From Candidatus Marinacidobacterales bacterium (GTDB lineage: Bacteria; Acidobacteriota; Vicinamibacteria; Marinacidobacterales; DATDRI01), in assembly GCA_965226495.1 (NCBI GenBank), contig OZ245365.1, positions 1,536,001 through 1,600,000 on the forward strand: 64,000 bases of DNA, written 5' to 3'. The first letter of the stretch is position 1, and the number at the start of each line of letters is the position of its first letter. Below the pieces are notes generated by a model. It made no database searches. It was not told the origin of the DNA and worked only from the letters and a program-made list of their open reading frames with translations. Below are positions 51,710 to 61,616 of this stretch, piece after piece. The position numbers and the translations under genes are program-made.

Positions 51710-53317
51710 ATGGCTACCGTGTTCGATAGAGTGGGCGCACTGCTAGGTCGAAAGTCCGAGGCCCGAACGGTTCTGTCCGTCGAGCCTGACCCAGTGAACT
51801 CGGTGGTAAAAAGCGCGGACGGATCGCTTCGTCTTGCCAACGAGGGCGATGGTCGATACGAACTCGTCGAGCTTGAGGACCGCCTCGGTGCCACTCCCGA
51901 CCGGCAGTCCCAGTACCTGTACCTTTTGCTATCACCAGAGTTGAAGGCCAAGCTGGCCGAACGTCTGGTTATCGAGATTGAATACTACGGAAAGTCATTC
52001 GGAACCTTTAGGTTGCAGTACAGCTCGACGGATCGGTCCGCACCGCACGACGGCCGATACAAAGAAGCAGAGCAGTTTTGGATCGGAGCGGAAACGGCTG
52101 AGCCGACATGGAAGAAGTGCCTTTTCGTCGTTGACGATTTCGACGCGGACGGTTCTCAAAACCTGGACGCGAGCTTCCGGCTCGAACTGAGGCAAGACTT
52201 CTACGTGTCGCAGGTTGTGGTGTCACCCGAGCTGCCCGAAGACGCCGCTACGTTCTCCGTTAAGGCGCCGCTTCCTTCGCTGCGCAAGTCGCCCAATCGG
52301 GTCTACCCCATCTGGTGGCTCTTCGTGGAGCTCACCAATGTCTGCAATTTCCACTGCACGTTCTGTCCAGATGAAATCATGGAGCGCAAGCGCGGAATGA
52401 TGGATTTCGCCGAGGCGCGACGCCTCTTCGACATGATCGCGAGGGAAAAGCAAAGAATAGGACCACTGTATCCGGTCAAACTGCACCAAATGGGCGAACC
52501 GACCCTTCATCCGAATCTGGTCGAGATCGTTGCCCACGCGGAATCGCAAGGTGTTCCTATCGAGCTCAACACCAATTGCAGCATGCTGACCCCGGAGCTA
52601 GTGGACGGTCTCTACCGGGCCGGCCTAACCAATTTCATTCTGAGTTACCAGACGCCGGATGAAGAGTCCTTCAAGACGCGGAAGGTAATCAACAAGAATC
52701 TGACGTTCGATATCTATATGGAAAAGGTCCGGATGGCAGTGGAGCGTAAGGTGACGCTCTCCGCCTCTACCTATCTCGAAATCGATGTCATGAATACGGC
52801 CGGCTCCCACGAGATCCAAATCGTCAACGAGGAGACCCGCGCTAGTCGCGTTCTACTCGAATGGATAGCATTCGCCCGTTCGCTCGAGAGAAAGTACAAC
52901 TTGCCTCTCACCTCGCATAACCTCGACTCCGTTCAGGGGGGCTTTCGTTTCCTCGACCATGACGAGGACACTGGTCGCTACACCCTGTTGCCGGGAGTAG
53001 ACCTCATCTGGAAACGCCTCCATACCTGGGGCAATGTCATCCAACCGGAGGAAGTCCGAAAGACCGTTGATGGCTATTGTCCGGCACCGAACGAGCAGTT
53101 CGTCATCTTATGGGACGGTCGGGTGACGGTGTGCTGCACCGACTACGAGGGCCGGCTATCGGTGGGGGATATCAAGAAGCAAACCATCGAGGAGATTTGG
53201 AACGGCCCCGGATGGCGTCACATGCGGGAACAAATGTGGAACGACGTCCTCGAGAACGAGACCTGCCGCGTCTGTAAAGGCGTGGAAGCTCCGAAGTTGG
53301 TTCAGATTTCTGTGTAA
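51710..53317 (+). CDS. Radical SAM protein with SPASM/twitch domain and extra N-terminal domain
   Basis: CNFHCTFC, MGEPTLHP, LNTN; C-terminal CPAP...DGRVTVCCTD...G.I....IEEIWNG...CRVC. Confidence 0.9.
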   Translation: MATVFDRVGALLGRKSEARTVLSVEPDPVNSVVKSADGSLRLANEGDGRYELVELEDRLGATPDRQSQYLYLLLSPELKAKLAERLVIEIEYYGKSFGTFRLQYSSTDRSAPHDGRYKEAEQFWIGAETAEPTWKKCLFVVDDFDADGSQNLDASFRLELRQDFYVSQVVVSPELPEDAATFSVKAPLPSLRKSPNRVYPIWWLFVELTNVCNFHCTFCPDEIMERKRGMMDFAEARRLFDMIAREKQRIGPLYPVKLHQMGEPTLHPNLVEIVAHAESQGVPIELNTNCSMLTPELVDGLYRAGLTNFILSYQTPDEESFKTRKVINKNLTFDIYMEKVRMAVERKVTLSASTYLEIDVMNTAGSHEIQIVNEETRASRVLLEWIAFARSLERKYNLPLTSHNLDSVQGGFRFLDHDEDTGRYTLLPGVDLIWKRLHTWGNVIQPEEVRKTVDGYCPAPNEQFVILWDGRVTVCCTDYEGRLSVGDIKKQTIEEIWNGPGWRHMREQMWNDVLENETCRVCKGVEAPKLVQISV

Positions 53318-53494
53318 GGGGGCCCCACCCCCAGGCGCCGGCCCTCACTCCTCAATTAATGGCGCGGGGCCCCACCCCCACGCCTCATGCTTCGCCGACT
53401 ACGCGACTCCGCATGGGCTCATGGCTGCGTTCGGCCCCTGGCCTCCGCTCGGCAGCTCGCTGCGGCCGGCGGGCGCGCGGGCTGAGGGCTCTCC
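53318..53494. repeat. REP-like element family 1 (GGGGCCCCACCCCC core, two cores)
   Basis: Shares TCAATTAATGGCGCGGGGCCC and GCTGA.GGCTCTCC with 61617-61723; core also at 42072, 42284 and about 37845. Confidence 0.7.
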
Positions 53495-53512
53495 TACGCG
53501 CTCGAAGCGTTT

Positions 53513-54967
53513 CTATCGTTCCGTCTCCTTTTTGCTTCCCTTGCTCAAGTAGCCGAGGGCTTCTAGGTTTCGAAGGGTTTCCTGCGACAGCTGCTCATCC
53601 TGTCGGGCGGGGGTTCCACCGCGATTGCGATCCGTCTCCTGTTGCCACGCCACCGTTCGAGTCTTGAAGCTCCCGAGTTCCGCCTGAAGGCGAGCGATGG
53701 ATGCCTGAGAGCTCTGGTAGCGGTCTTGCAACTCGTCCGGATCCCGCCATGTATCGTAGAGCTCGTAGCGGCCTTTTCCCTCCGGCTTTTCTGGATAGTG
53801 GATCAATTTGAGTCGGCCATTGCTGATTCCCACTTGATGCTGATCGTTTTGAAAGAAGAACTGATCGTGCAGCCGATCTTGGCTGCGTCGCACCGGGGCT
53901 AGTAAGGATCGGCCCTGCAAGCCAGGCGGAAAAGTGACCTGAGCGAGATCCAAGACGGTAGGGAAGATATCCAAGGTCGAAACGGCGGCCTGAACAACCT
54001 CGCCTCGAGGAAGGATTCCCGGAAACGACAAGATCAGCGGAATGCGCAGCGACGGATCGAAGAGATCGTTTCCGTGATCGAAGAAGTAATCGTGCTCGCC
54101 AAGGCTCTCGCCGTGATCGGAAGTGAGGACGACCAGGGTTGAGTCGCGGTGAGCGCTTTCGTCGAGGGCATCCAGAATGCGCCCGATTTGACGATCGGCG
54201 AAAGCGATCTCCGCGTCGTAGTGGTCGACGTAGTCTCCCCAGCGAGACTCCCCGGCAACAGGGAGACGGCGATTGATTCCACCGTGATAGCCGACCACTT
54301 GTTCAAGCTTCGGGCCACGCGGCACGACGTCGTCGTCCTCGAAGGACTTCAAGAAGTCCTCGGGCGGGTCGTAGGGGGTATGTGGATTCACGTAGTGGAT
54401 CCAAAGGAAAAACGGCTTCGCCTCGTCGTGGTTTGCTAGAAAGTCGAGCGCGAAGCTCGTGAGGTCCTCGGTTTTTTCCGCCTCGGTTTCCCCGGTGAGC
54501 CAGACCTGTTCGTAGCGGTCGAATCCTTGAGCAAACCCTAGTGCTCGATCCAGGTTGCCATTGTCCACCGCCGCGGCTGTCGAATACCCGGCGTCTCTCA
54601 GCGTTTCGGCCAGAGTTTGGTTGTAGTCCGGCAAATCACGGTCGCGGACGGTGAGGCCGTTCTGCGCGGCATAGAGTGACGTGAACATCGCTGCAAAACT
54701 TCCGCGCGTCTTCGGCCAGTAGGTAAACGCATTATCGAAGAGAACGCCGCGGGCTGCCAAACCATCTATCGCCGGGCTCGTCTGCCGAGGGTAACCGTAG
54801 GAGCTCACGTGATCGGCGCGAAGCGTATCGATAGTGAGGAGCAATACATTGATGCCGGCGTTGGTCACTACAGGCTCGACTTTCTCAGGTTCACGCCGAC
54901 AGCCGGCCAGAATGAGCACAGTAAAAAGTTGAGCAACAATGAGGGTTGCCCCCCAACTTCTCATCAA
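53513..54967 (-). CDS. Sulfatase-like hydrolase lipoprotein (no FGly Cys)
   Basis: LLTIDTLRADH, WPKTRGSFAAMFT, HYVNPHTPY, TSDHGE, C-terminal LEALGYL; lipobox LAGC. Confidence 0.85.
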   Translation of the reverse strand: MMRSWGATLIVAQLFTVLILAGCRREPEKVEPVVTNAGINVLLLTIDTLRADHVSSYGYPRQTSPAIDGLAARGVLFDNAFTYWPKTRGSFAAMFTSLYAAQNGLTVRDRDLPDYNQTLAETLRDAGYSTAAAVDNGNLDRALGFAQGFDRYEQVWLTGETEAEKTEDLTSFALDFLANHDEAKPFFLWIHYVNPHTPYDPPEDFLKSFEDDDVVPRGPKLEQVVGYHGGINRRLPVAGESRWGDYVDHYDAEIAFADRQIGRILDALDESAHRDSTLVVLTSDHGESLGEHDYFFDHGNDLFDPSLRIPLILSFPGILPRGEVVQAAVSTLDIFPTVLDLAQVTFPPGLQGRSLLAPVRRSQDRLHDQFFFQNDQHQVGISNGRLKLIHYPEKPEGKGRYELYDTWRDPDELQDRYQSSQASIARLQAELGSFKTRTVAWQQETDRNRGGTPARQDEQLSQETLRNLEALGYLSKGSKKETER

Positions 54968-55863
54968 CGGTTCACTTCCGCCTTCGCGGCCCTCGAATGG
55001 ATTTCGATGAGTTTCTGTTGCGCATCGTGCTCCGGGCTGCGAAGTGGTGCTCGTGCAGGGCCGCCGTAGAAGCCGGTTTGATCGAGGAGGAATTTGAGGC
55101 CCGCAACGCCGAAATTGATCGTCACCGCGTTGTTGATGGGCACCAGCGCGTGCTGCAGCTTGCGCGCACGCTCCAAATCTCCGCGCTCGAAGGCCTCCAT
55201 GAGATCGACTGCGAGATCGTAGGCGGTATTGGCCACCGCCAGGATGGCTCCCTGGGCGCCCACGGTCAACGCGGCCAGCAGAAGGCTGCCCGAGCCGGTC
55301 AAGACCGAAAAATCTGCGGGGGCGAGGCGACAGATCTCTTGAACTTGGAGCATGTCTCCTGCGCTATCTTTGATCCCCACGATGTTCGGATGAGAGGCGA
55401 GCTCCACCGCCAATTCGGCGCCCATGTTGAGCATCGTAAAGATGGGTACGTTATAGAGTACGATCGGTATCGGACTTTGCTCTGCAACCTCCACATAGTG
55501 GGCTCGCAACGCATCCGATGACATGGCCCGTTTGTAGTAGGCGGGAGTGACTACCATTGCGAAGTCTGCTCCCGTTTCTCCCGCCCAACGAGTAAGAGCA
55601 ACGGTTTGCCGGGTCGACTCACAGCCGGTTCCCGCCAACATGATTTTGTCGCTCCCGATTTCTTGTCGTGCTCGTCCTAGCACTCTCTTCTTCTCTTCTT
55701 CGGTGAGGTAGACGAATTCACCGGTTGAGCCGAGCACCGCGAAACCGGCGAGCCTCGTCTTACTCCAACGCTTGATGTTGTCGGCCAGGCGATCGAGCGC
55801 CAACTCTTCGTTGTCATCGAAGGCGGTCGGGATGGGTGCAACGATGCCCTTTAACTCTTTCAC
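54964..55863 (-). CDS. DapA/HOGA-like dihydrodipicolinate synthase family aldolase
   Basis: LGSTGEF, LYNVP, NIVGIKDS. Confidence 0.88.
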   Translation of the reverse strand: MKELKGIVAPIPTAFDDNEELALDRLADNIKRWSKTRLAGFAVLGSTGEFVYLTEEEKKRVLGRARQEIGSDKIMLAGTGCESTRQTVALTRWAGETGADFAMVVTPAYYKRAMSSDALRAHYVEVAEQSPIPIVLYNVPIFTMLNMGAELAVELASHPNIVGIKDSAGDMLQVQEICRLAPADFSVLTGSGSLLLAALTVGAQGAILAVANTAYDLAVDLMEAFERGDLERARKLQHALVPINNAVTINFGVAGLKFLLDQTGFYGGPARAPLRSPEHDAQQKLIEIHSRAAKAEVNR

Positions 55864-55864
55864 T

Positions 55865-56347
55865 TCAGGCTCCTCTCGTCTCGGGTTGGGAGACCCGAAT
55901 CTCGCGTGTTTGTTCGTCCAGAGCTTTCAAGTGGATCCACACTGCTGCGGAGCGAAAACCGCGCCCCAGCTGGGCGAGTTTACTCGGCCACTCTACCACT
56001 ATGGCCGCACGCCGTTCCTCGACTTCGTCTTCCAGCTCCTCCAGTCCCAGTTCGTCGAGCTCACGCTCGTTTTCGATACGGTAGAGGTCGATGTGATAGA
56101 CGACGTGACTTCCGCCGCTGTATCGATTCACCAAGGCAAAGGTCGGGCTGACGACGCGGTCGGGCTCCACCCTGTAGCCGGAAGCGATTCCCTTGGCGAG
56201 TAGTGTCTTCCCGGCGCCGAGATCCCCGTCGAGATAAAAACAAGCTCCGTCGGGATGAAGGTCTGCGAGCGCCTTCCCGATGGCCATGGTCTCCTCGGGC
56301 GAACCGCTGCGATGGAGGGTCTCCTTCGAGGCGGATGAGGTCTTCAA
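55865..56347 (-). CDS. tsaE: t6A biosynthesis ATPase
   Basis: GDLGAGKT, SPTF, HIDLYR, VEW. Confidence 0.93.
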   Translation of the reverse strand: MKTSSASKETLHRSGSPEETMAIGKALADLHPDGACFYLDGDLGAGKTLLAKGIASGYRVEPDRVVSPTFALVNRYSGGSHVVYHIDLYRIENERELDELGLEELEDEVEERRAAIVVEWPSKLAQLGRGFRSAAVWIHLKALDEQTREIRVSQPETRGA

Positions 56348-57891
56348 TCGTCTTCCAAGCTGCGAATACTGTTCGGCAGCTTACGAATCAAATCGGTTGC
56401 GATGAGGGACGTTTCCCCGACTTCTTCGGCCGCAAGATCACCGGCACGGCCGTGCAGAAAGACTCCAAGGCGCAGAGCAACATCGACCGGTTGTCTCGAG
56501 AGAAGCGCTCCCACGATACCGGTCAAGACATCCCCGGTGCCTCCGGTTGCCATCCCGGGATTCCCGGTCAGGTTAATGTAAACCTCGCCGGCGGGATCAG
56601 AAATGAGACTGCGAGAACCCTTGAGCACAACGAATGCCTTTGTCAACGACGAGAGTTTACGCACAGACTCGAGCCGGTTCGCTTGAATTTCACTCGGGGT
56701 GCACCCGAGTAGTCGGGCGGCTTCGCCGGGATGCGGAGTGAGGCCGAGTGGCCTGTTCGGTGGGAAAGCGGCAGCGTCTCCCTCGAAAGCGTTTAGGCCA
56801 TCAGCGTCGACCACTACTGGGAGTTCCGTTTCCTGCACCAGCTTCTTCACCAAAGCTATGGTGTCGGGATCCCGACCGAGCCCGGGGCCGATCGCCAGAG
56901 CGGTTTTGCCGACGAGGAGCTCTTGCAAGCGAGCGTATGCGGCTTGGGAGATAGCGCCGTTCGTCGTTTGCTCGAGAGGCTCCCACATGGATTCTGGCAG
57001 AGTAGGAGCCATGAGGGGAAGAGCCCCGCTCGCTGAGGCCACGGTTACGATACCGACCCCTGAACGGAGCGCCGCATTCGCCGCCATCACTGCGGCTCCC
57101 GGTTTCCCTACCGACCCACCGACGATCAAGAGGTGGCCGAAGTCACCTTTGTGCGCATCGGACTTACGTTTGGGCAGGAAGGCTACCAAAGACTCGGCCT
57201 CGACGGTTTGAAGACGACTGCCGACGGTTTCTAGCACTGGTTCTGGGATTCCGATGTCCACGACCTCGAGCCGACCCACGCGAGTAGAGGCGGGAGGGAG
57301 CATGTGGCAGACCTTCGGAGCCGCCAGGGCTACCGTGAGGTCGGATCGGATAGCCTCGCCGGGTATCTCTCCTGTATCCGAAGAAAGACCGGACGGCACA
57401 TCCACCGAGACCTTGAAGCTGGAAATCCTGTTGACGTCATGGATCGCCGCCTGGAGCAGGCCACGTGCTTCCTTGGTCAAACCGGTTCCCAACAGGGCGT
57501 CGACGACGACGTCGGAGCGAGCGACCTCGGGGAGGACGGCGCGCCATTTCGACTCATCGGGCACTGCCTCGACGGAGAGGCCCAGTTTCTGAGCCGCGTC
57601 GAGGTTGTCTTTCGCATCGCCTTTCAGCTCTTCGAATCGGCAGAGCAGCCAAGCACGGGCGGCGATGCCGTGAGTCGCGAGATATCTCAAAACCACTAGC
57701 CCGTCGCCTCCGTTGTTGCCCTTTCCACATAAGACGGCGACCCTTCGCGAGCTAAGGTTGGGTAGCGTTCGCTCGATCGTCCGAACCACCGCCCGCCCCG
57801 CGCTCTCCATGAGAGCCCGGCCTGGGATACCGATTTCCTCGATAGTGCGTCGATCCGCCTCACGCATCTCGGAAGCCGTGAACACTCGCAT
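56344..57891 (-). CDS. nnr: Bifunctional NAD(P)H-hydrate epimerase/dehydratase
   Basis: LMESAG, GKGNNGGDG, DALLGTG, HKGDFG, DADGLN, TPHPGE, ATGGTGDVL. Confidence 0.93.
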   Translation of the reverse strand: MRVFTASEMREADRRTIEEIGIPGRALMESAGRAVVRTIERTLPNLSSRRVAVLCGKGNNGGDGLVVLRYLATHGIAARAWLLCRFEELKGDAKDNLDAAQKLGLSVEAVPDESKWRAVLPEVARSDVVVDALLGTGLTKEARGLLQAAIHDVNRISSFKVSVDVPSGLSSDTGEIPGEAIRSDLTVALAAPKVCHMLPPASTRVGRLEVVDIGIPEPVLETVGSRLQTVEAESLVAFLPKRKSDAHKGDFGHLLIVGGSVGKPGAAVMAANAALRSGVGIVTVASASGALPLMAPTLPESMWEPLEQTTNGAISQAAYARLQELLVGKTALAIGPGLGRDPDTIALVKKLVQETELPVVVDADGLNAFEGDAAAFPPNRPLGLTPHPGEAARLLGCTPSEIQANRLESVRKLSSLTKAFVVLKGSRSLISDPAGEVYINLTGNPGMATGGTGDVLTGIVGALLSRQPVDVALRLGVFLHGRAGDLAAEEVGETSLIATDLIRKLPNSIRSLEDD

Positions 57892-57995
57892 GATCAACAG
57901 TATATATCGCCGCTTAGTTGACGGTCACGACGTCTTGACGCACTCTGCAGCGCAGTTTAGGCTTAAGCGCTTCTGCGAGATGTCTGGGAGATTCC

Positions 57996-58862
57996 ATGGC
58001 CATTCGGATCAACGTGAACGGAAAGTTAGGCAGCGAGCACGATCTCATGCTGTCTCCGCTGGATCTGGGGTTCGTCTTTGGCGCCAGCGTTTATGAGACG
58101 ATCCGCACCTATAACGGCCGCCCGTTCCTTTTGGAGCGGCATCTGAAGCGGCTTAGGGAGTCAGCATCGAGCATTCACATCTCAATCGATGTGACCAACG
58201 AGGAGCTCTCCGGTCGTATCGAAGAGACCATCGCAGTAGCATCCAATGCGGAGTCCTACGTCCGCATCATCGTGTCCGGGGGGGTAGGTGCGATCGAGTA
58301 CCGGCGAGGTGAGGGAGAGGCGCCGCACCCTACGGTCGTGATTCTAGTGAAGCCTCTTCCCATAGTTCCACCCCGGCTCTACAAGGAAGGTGTCGGTGTT
58401 GCAATGGTGGGAGTGGTTAGAAACCACCCCCAGAGCGTGAGCCCTCGTATCAAATCCTCGAGCTTACTCAACAACATGTTCGCGATGCGGGAAGCACAGT
58501 CTCGTGGTGCCGAGGAAGCGGTGATGTTAAATCACCGTGGGGAGGTCGCGGAAGGCTCGCTGACGAACATCTTCTTGGTCAAGGATGGTGTGGTGCGGAC
58601 TCCTTCCGTGGAGGTTGGCATCTTGGCCGGCATCACTCGCGAGTTGGTGCTCAACTTGGCTAAAGAATTAGGGTTCGAGACGCGGGAGGGCATCCTATTA
58701 CCCGACGAGCTTGTTCACGCGGACGAGGTATTCCTTACCAGCAGTACGAAGGAGATCCTTCCGGTCGTAACCGTCGATGACAAGCAAATAAGGGACGGCC
58801 GTCCAGGATCGGTGACGCTCGCGCTGCTCGGGGCATATCGGGAGAAGGTGAGCCGCAACTGA
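57996..58862 (+). CDS. Aminotransferase class IV (IlvE/D-amino acid aminotransferase-like)
   Basis: GFVFGASVYETIR, HLKRL, IKS (PLP Lys), EGSLTNIF, LAGITR, ADEVFLTS. Confidence 0.9.
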   Translation: MAIRINVNGKLGSEHDLMLSPLDLGFVFGASVYETIRTYNGRPFLLERHLKRLRESASSIHISIDVTNEELSGRIEETIAVASNAESYVRIIVSGGVGAIEYRRGEGEAPHPTVVILVKPLPIVPPRLYKEGVGVAMVGVVRNHPQSVSPRIKSSSLLNNMFAMREAQSRGAEEAVMLNHRGEVAEGSLTNIFLVKDGVVRTPSVEVGILAGITRELVLNLAKELGFETREGILLPDELVHADEVFLTSSTKEILPVVTVDDKQIRDGRPGSVTLALLGAYREKVSRN

Positions 58863-58868
58863 CGGGAG

Positions 58869-60461
58869 CTATATCCGTCGTTCAACTTCCGGGAAATTCT
58901 GCCACACGGGGACTCCGCAAAACCGATCGCCTTCCGTGCAGCGCGGTGAGGCGACGCCGTTTCGTATCACACACGGCGGTCCCATGTAACGAGCAATGCC
59001 AGGATGCACTCGGCGCACTTGTTCCAGCTCGTCGATGGAGGCTCGATAGATTTCCTCCTGGGCGTTGAAACACGTCCGCATTGTCCATTTGTGCATGAGG
59101 TAGATGAGCGCGCCGGACTCTACGAAACGGACCGACTTCGCATTGGGTAACACGTAAAGCGCCCATTCGAGCGGCACGCCTAACTTCAGCAGACGATTCT
59201 TGGTGTCCCAAGCCTCGTCCATAGCCTCGCGATAGAGAGACAAAGCAGTGGGGTTGGCTTCGATCAACATCGGGACGATGTAGTCGGGCTGTGTGGTGTC
59301 GGCCAAGGTCATGAGCGGTCGCGAGCCGGGAACCATGCGGTGCCGTTGATCCTGAGAATCCGCGGTATGGCTGATCTTCTTCGAGAAGGCGTAGCTTGCA
59401 TGGTAGAGAGCGCGCATGATGGGTGAGTGCACCGCGACGTTCAGGGTGTCGGTTCGGAGGGGATTGAGATGCGGATCCAAAATGCGACCGAGTGCCTCCT
59501 CGGTCGTGAGCTGCTCGCTTGATTGTCCGAGAACCGCGCGCAAGGCGTCGGCGACGACGGTTTCCGCCTCATCGGAATAGTCGATGAGTTTGGCGGTGCG
59601 TCCATCGAGTTTGCGGTCGAACTCCTCGCAGAAAGAGTCGGCGTTTTGCTGCGGCTGTGGGAAGCCGAATTCCGGAAGCTCGTCCCTGCCAAGTGGCGGC
59701 TCGCCGATCTTTTCAAAAAACAGGGGATCGATATCGCGGACGGCATTGACCATGGCGTCGATCACCAGGCCTGCTTCGTATGGAACATCGCTGGCCTGCT
59801 GCATTCGTCGGAGCCGGTGGAGGGTGATCCCGGAAATGGTGTGAATCATGGACGTGAAAGCAGCGATCGGGATGACGTAGCGCGCCGTCTCGATAGCCTT
59901 TTTCTCTGCTTCCCGGGCAATTCGCTTTCGCCGCTTTTCGTTCTTCGTCGAGCCGTTCTCGTGGAAGTGGCGGAGGTCGGCCATGATCTTCCAGGTGTCG
60001 CTCTTTAAGATCTCTGTGAGTCGCCGATAGTTTTCCCAGGCTCCGACGATGGCCGATTCGTAAACCGCCCCAGCCTCACCGTCTAGGGGGGGGACGAAGG
60101 CCTGCACTTCATCCAGGCGGACGTAACGTTGGCTCGACTGTTCGGAGTTGTAGAACGGATAGCTGTGCAGGAAGCTCCAAACGAACTGGCGGGAGATATT
60201 CTCCATCCCGAATGCGAAGTGCGCGTGCTGATAGACGGTATGATGCCCGCCGTCGTAGGTGGCCCTGCTGATGGAATCTCGCTGCCGGTCGGTGATCTCC
60301 GAGCTTTCCACGACCCGCGGCGAATAGCACGTACGAGCGGCGGCCATCGAGAGGTCGAAGGGATCGCTGAAGAAGGAGAGGAGCCGAATCCGGGGCGACT
60401 GCTTAACGAGTTTTTGGGCGGGTTCCGTAACCATCCTCGATTGAATTCCTGAGGGCGCCAT
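58869..60461 (-). CDS. thyX: Flavin-dependent thymidylate synthase, tandem Thy1 domains
   Basis: AARTCY, GHHTVYQH, SQRYV, ARYVIP; second domain QDQRHR, YVLPNA, RTCFNAQEEI. Confidence 0.85.
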   Translation of the reverse strand: MAPSGIQSRMVTEPAQKLVKQSPRIRLLSFFSDPFDLSMAAARTCYSPRVVESSEITDRQRDSISRATYDGGHHTVYQHAHFAFGMENISRQFVWSFLHSYPFYNSEQSSQRYVRLDEVQAFVPPLDGEAGAVYESAIVGAWENYRRLTEILKSDTWKIMADLRHFHENGSTKNEKRRKRIAREAEKKAIETARYVIPIAAFTSMIHTISGITLHRLRRMQQASDVPYEAGLVIDAMVNAVRDIDPLFFEKIGEPPLGRDELPEFGFPQPQQNADSFCEEFDRKLDGRTAKLIDYSDEAETVVADALRAVLGQSSEQLTTEEALGRILDPHLNPLRTDTLNVAVHSPIMRALYHASYAFSKKISHTADSQDQRHRMVPGSRPLMTLADTTQPDYIVPMLIEANPTALSLYREAMDEAWDTKNRLLKLGVPLEWALYVLPNAKSVRFVESGALIYLMHKWTMRTCFNAQEEIYRASIDELEQVRRVHPGIARYMGPPCVIRNGVASPRCTEGDRFCGVPVWQNFPEVERRI

Positions 60462-60555
60462 CCTATCACACCCGTACCTCCGAGGCGCCAGGGTAGATGG
60501 TTTTAAAGAGAGGGGATTTCGGGGGAGCGGTGAGCGACCCTACGACCTGCAGGGA

Positions 60556-60780
60556 TCAGACGGCTCAGGTTCCGCCCCAGCCGACGGTTACTTTATCGTC
60601 TTCGACGATAACCGGGACGCTTCGCCTGCCGTCCGAGAATTCGAGCATTCGCTTCATCCCTTCGGGAGCCTTCTTGACGTCGACGTAGTCGACCGGGGTG
60701 TTCTTCTTGGCGAATTCCTCACGGGCCGCCGAGGTGTAGGGTCAGCCCGCTTTGCCGAAGATGATGACTGCGTTCTCCAT
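60556..60780 (-). CDS. UXX-star-type glutaredoxin-like selenoprotein (two Sec)
   Basis: MENAVIIFGKAGUPYTSAAREEFAKKNTPVDYVDVKKAPEGMKRMLEFSDGRRSVPVIVEDDKVTVGWGGTUAV*; in-frame TGA at 60742-60744 and 60565-60567. Confidence 0.85.
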
Positions 60781-60822
60781 AGTTCCATTGTATCAGGCGC
60801 GAAGAGTCAGTGAGTGGTGCTC

Positions 60823-61599
60823 CTAGTCCATGGTTTGGCCGCCGCAAAGGTTGTACGTCTGGCCGGTGATCATCGATGCGTCGTCCGATGCCAAGTAGAG
60901 CACGAGCTTCGCCACTTCGTCCGGCTCTATAAACCGTTTCAGAGGGACCCCCGCGATCGCTTCCTCCCGAAACGCCTCCGCGGAGATCCCTAGAGCCTCC
61001 GCCGTTTCCTGAATGCCCTGTTCCGCCATGTCCGTTGTGACCCAGCCGGGACAAATGGCGTTGGCCGTGATCTGCCGGGACGCGAGCTCCAACGCCAAGG
61101 CGCGTGTAAAACCGAGCAGACCATGCTTGGAGGCGCAGTAGGCGGCGTAGGCAGGAACGCCGAACCGTCCCAGGACGGAGGAGATATTGATGATGCGCCC
61201 CCATCCCGAGCTCATGAGATCGAGCGACGCCTTGGTGATGAAGTAGGCTCCGGTTAAATTGGTGTCCAATATTTGGTGCCAACGGTCATCGGAGGGATCG
61301 TCGATCGGAGTGCGGCCCGACACGCCGGCGTTGTTCACGACCACATGCAGCTTTCCCCACGTGCGGCCGATCTCGGATATCGCCTCTTCGACCTCCGACT
61401 TGACCCGAACGTCACAACGAAGCGCAATGGCGCGCCTTTCCTCTCGATTGAGGGACTCCGCCAACTCTTCGATCTGCTGTACGTTCCGTGCCGCCAACGC
61501 CACATGGGCTCCCTCAGAGGCGAAAGCTTCGGCTATCGCGCGACCGATGCCGCGGCTGGCGCCGGTGACGAGTGCGACTCTTCCCATAAAACGTTTCAT
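60823..61599 (-). CDS. Short-chain dehydrogenase/reductase (ketoacyl / 3-hydroxybutyrate dehydrogenase-like)
   Basis: TGASRGIG, NNAG, YCASKHG, ICPGWVTT. Confidence 0.92.
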   Translation of the reverse strand: MKRFMGRVALVTGASRGIGRAIAEAFASEGAHVALAARNVQQIEELAESLNREERRAIALRCDVRVKSEVEEAISEIGRTWGKLHVVVNNAGVSGRTPIDDPSDDRWHQILDTNLTGAYFITKASLDLMSSGWGRIINISSVLGRFGVPAYAAYCASKHGLLGFTRALALELASRQITANAICPGWVTTDMAEQGIQETAEALGISAEAFREEAIAGVPLKRFIEPDEVAKLVLYLASDDASMITGQTYNLCGGQTMD

Positions 61600-61616
61600 A
61601 ATTTAGTGCTCGCTCT

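Noticed and set aside
53359-53667. 102-aa ORF MARGPTPTPH...
   Set aside because: It is a translation of the REP-like element and overlaps the sulfatase-like gene antisense.
51710-54967. Radical SAM as anaerobic sulfatase maturase for the adjacent sulfatase
   Set aside because: The genes are convergent, the sulfatase-like protein has no C/S-x-P-x-R motif, and the rSAM lacks the full Cys-rich anSME SPASM pattern.
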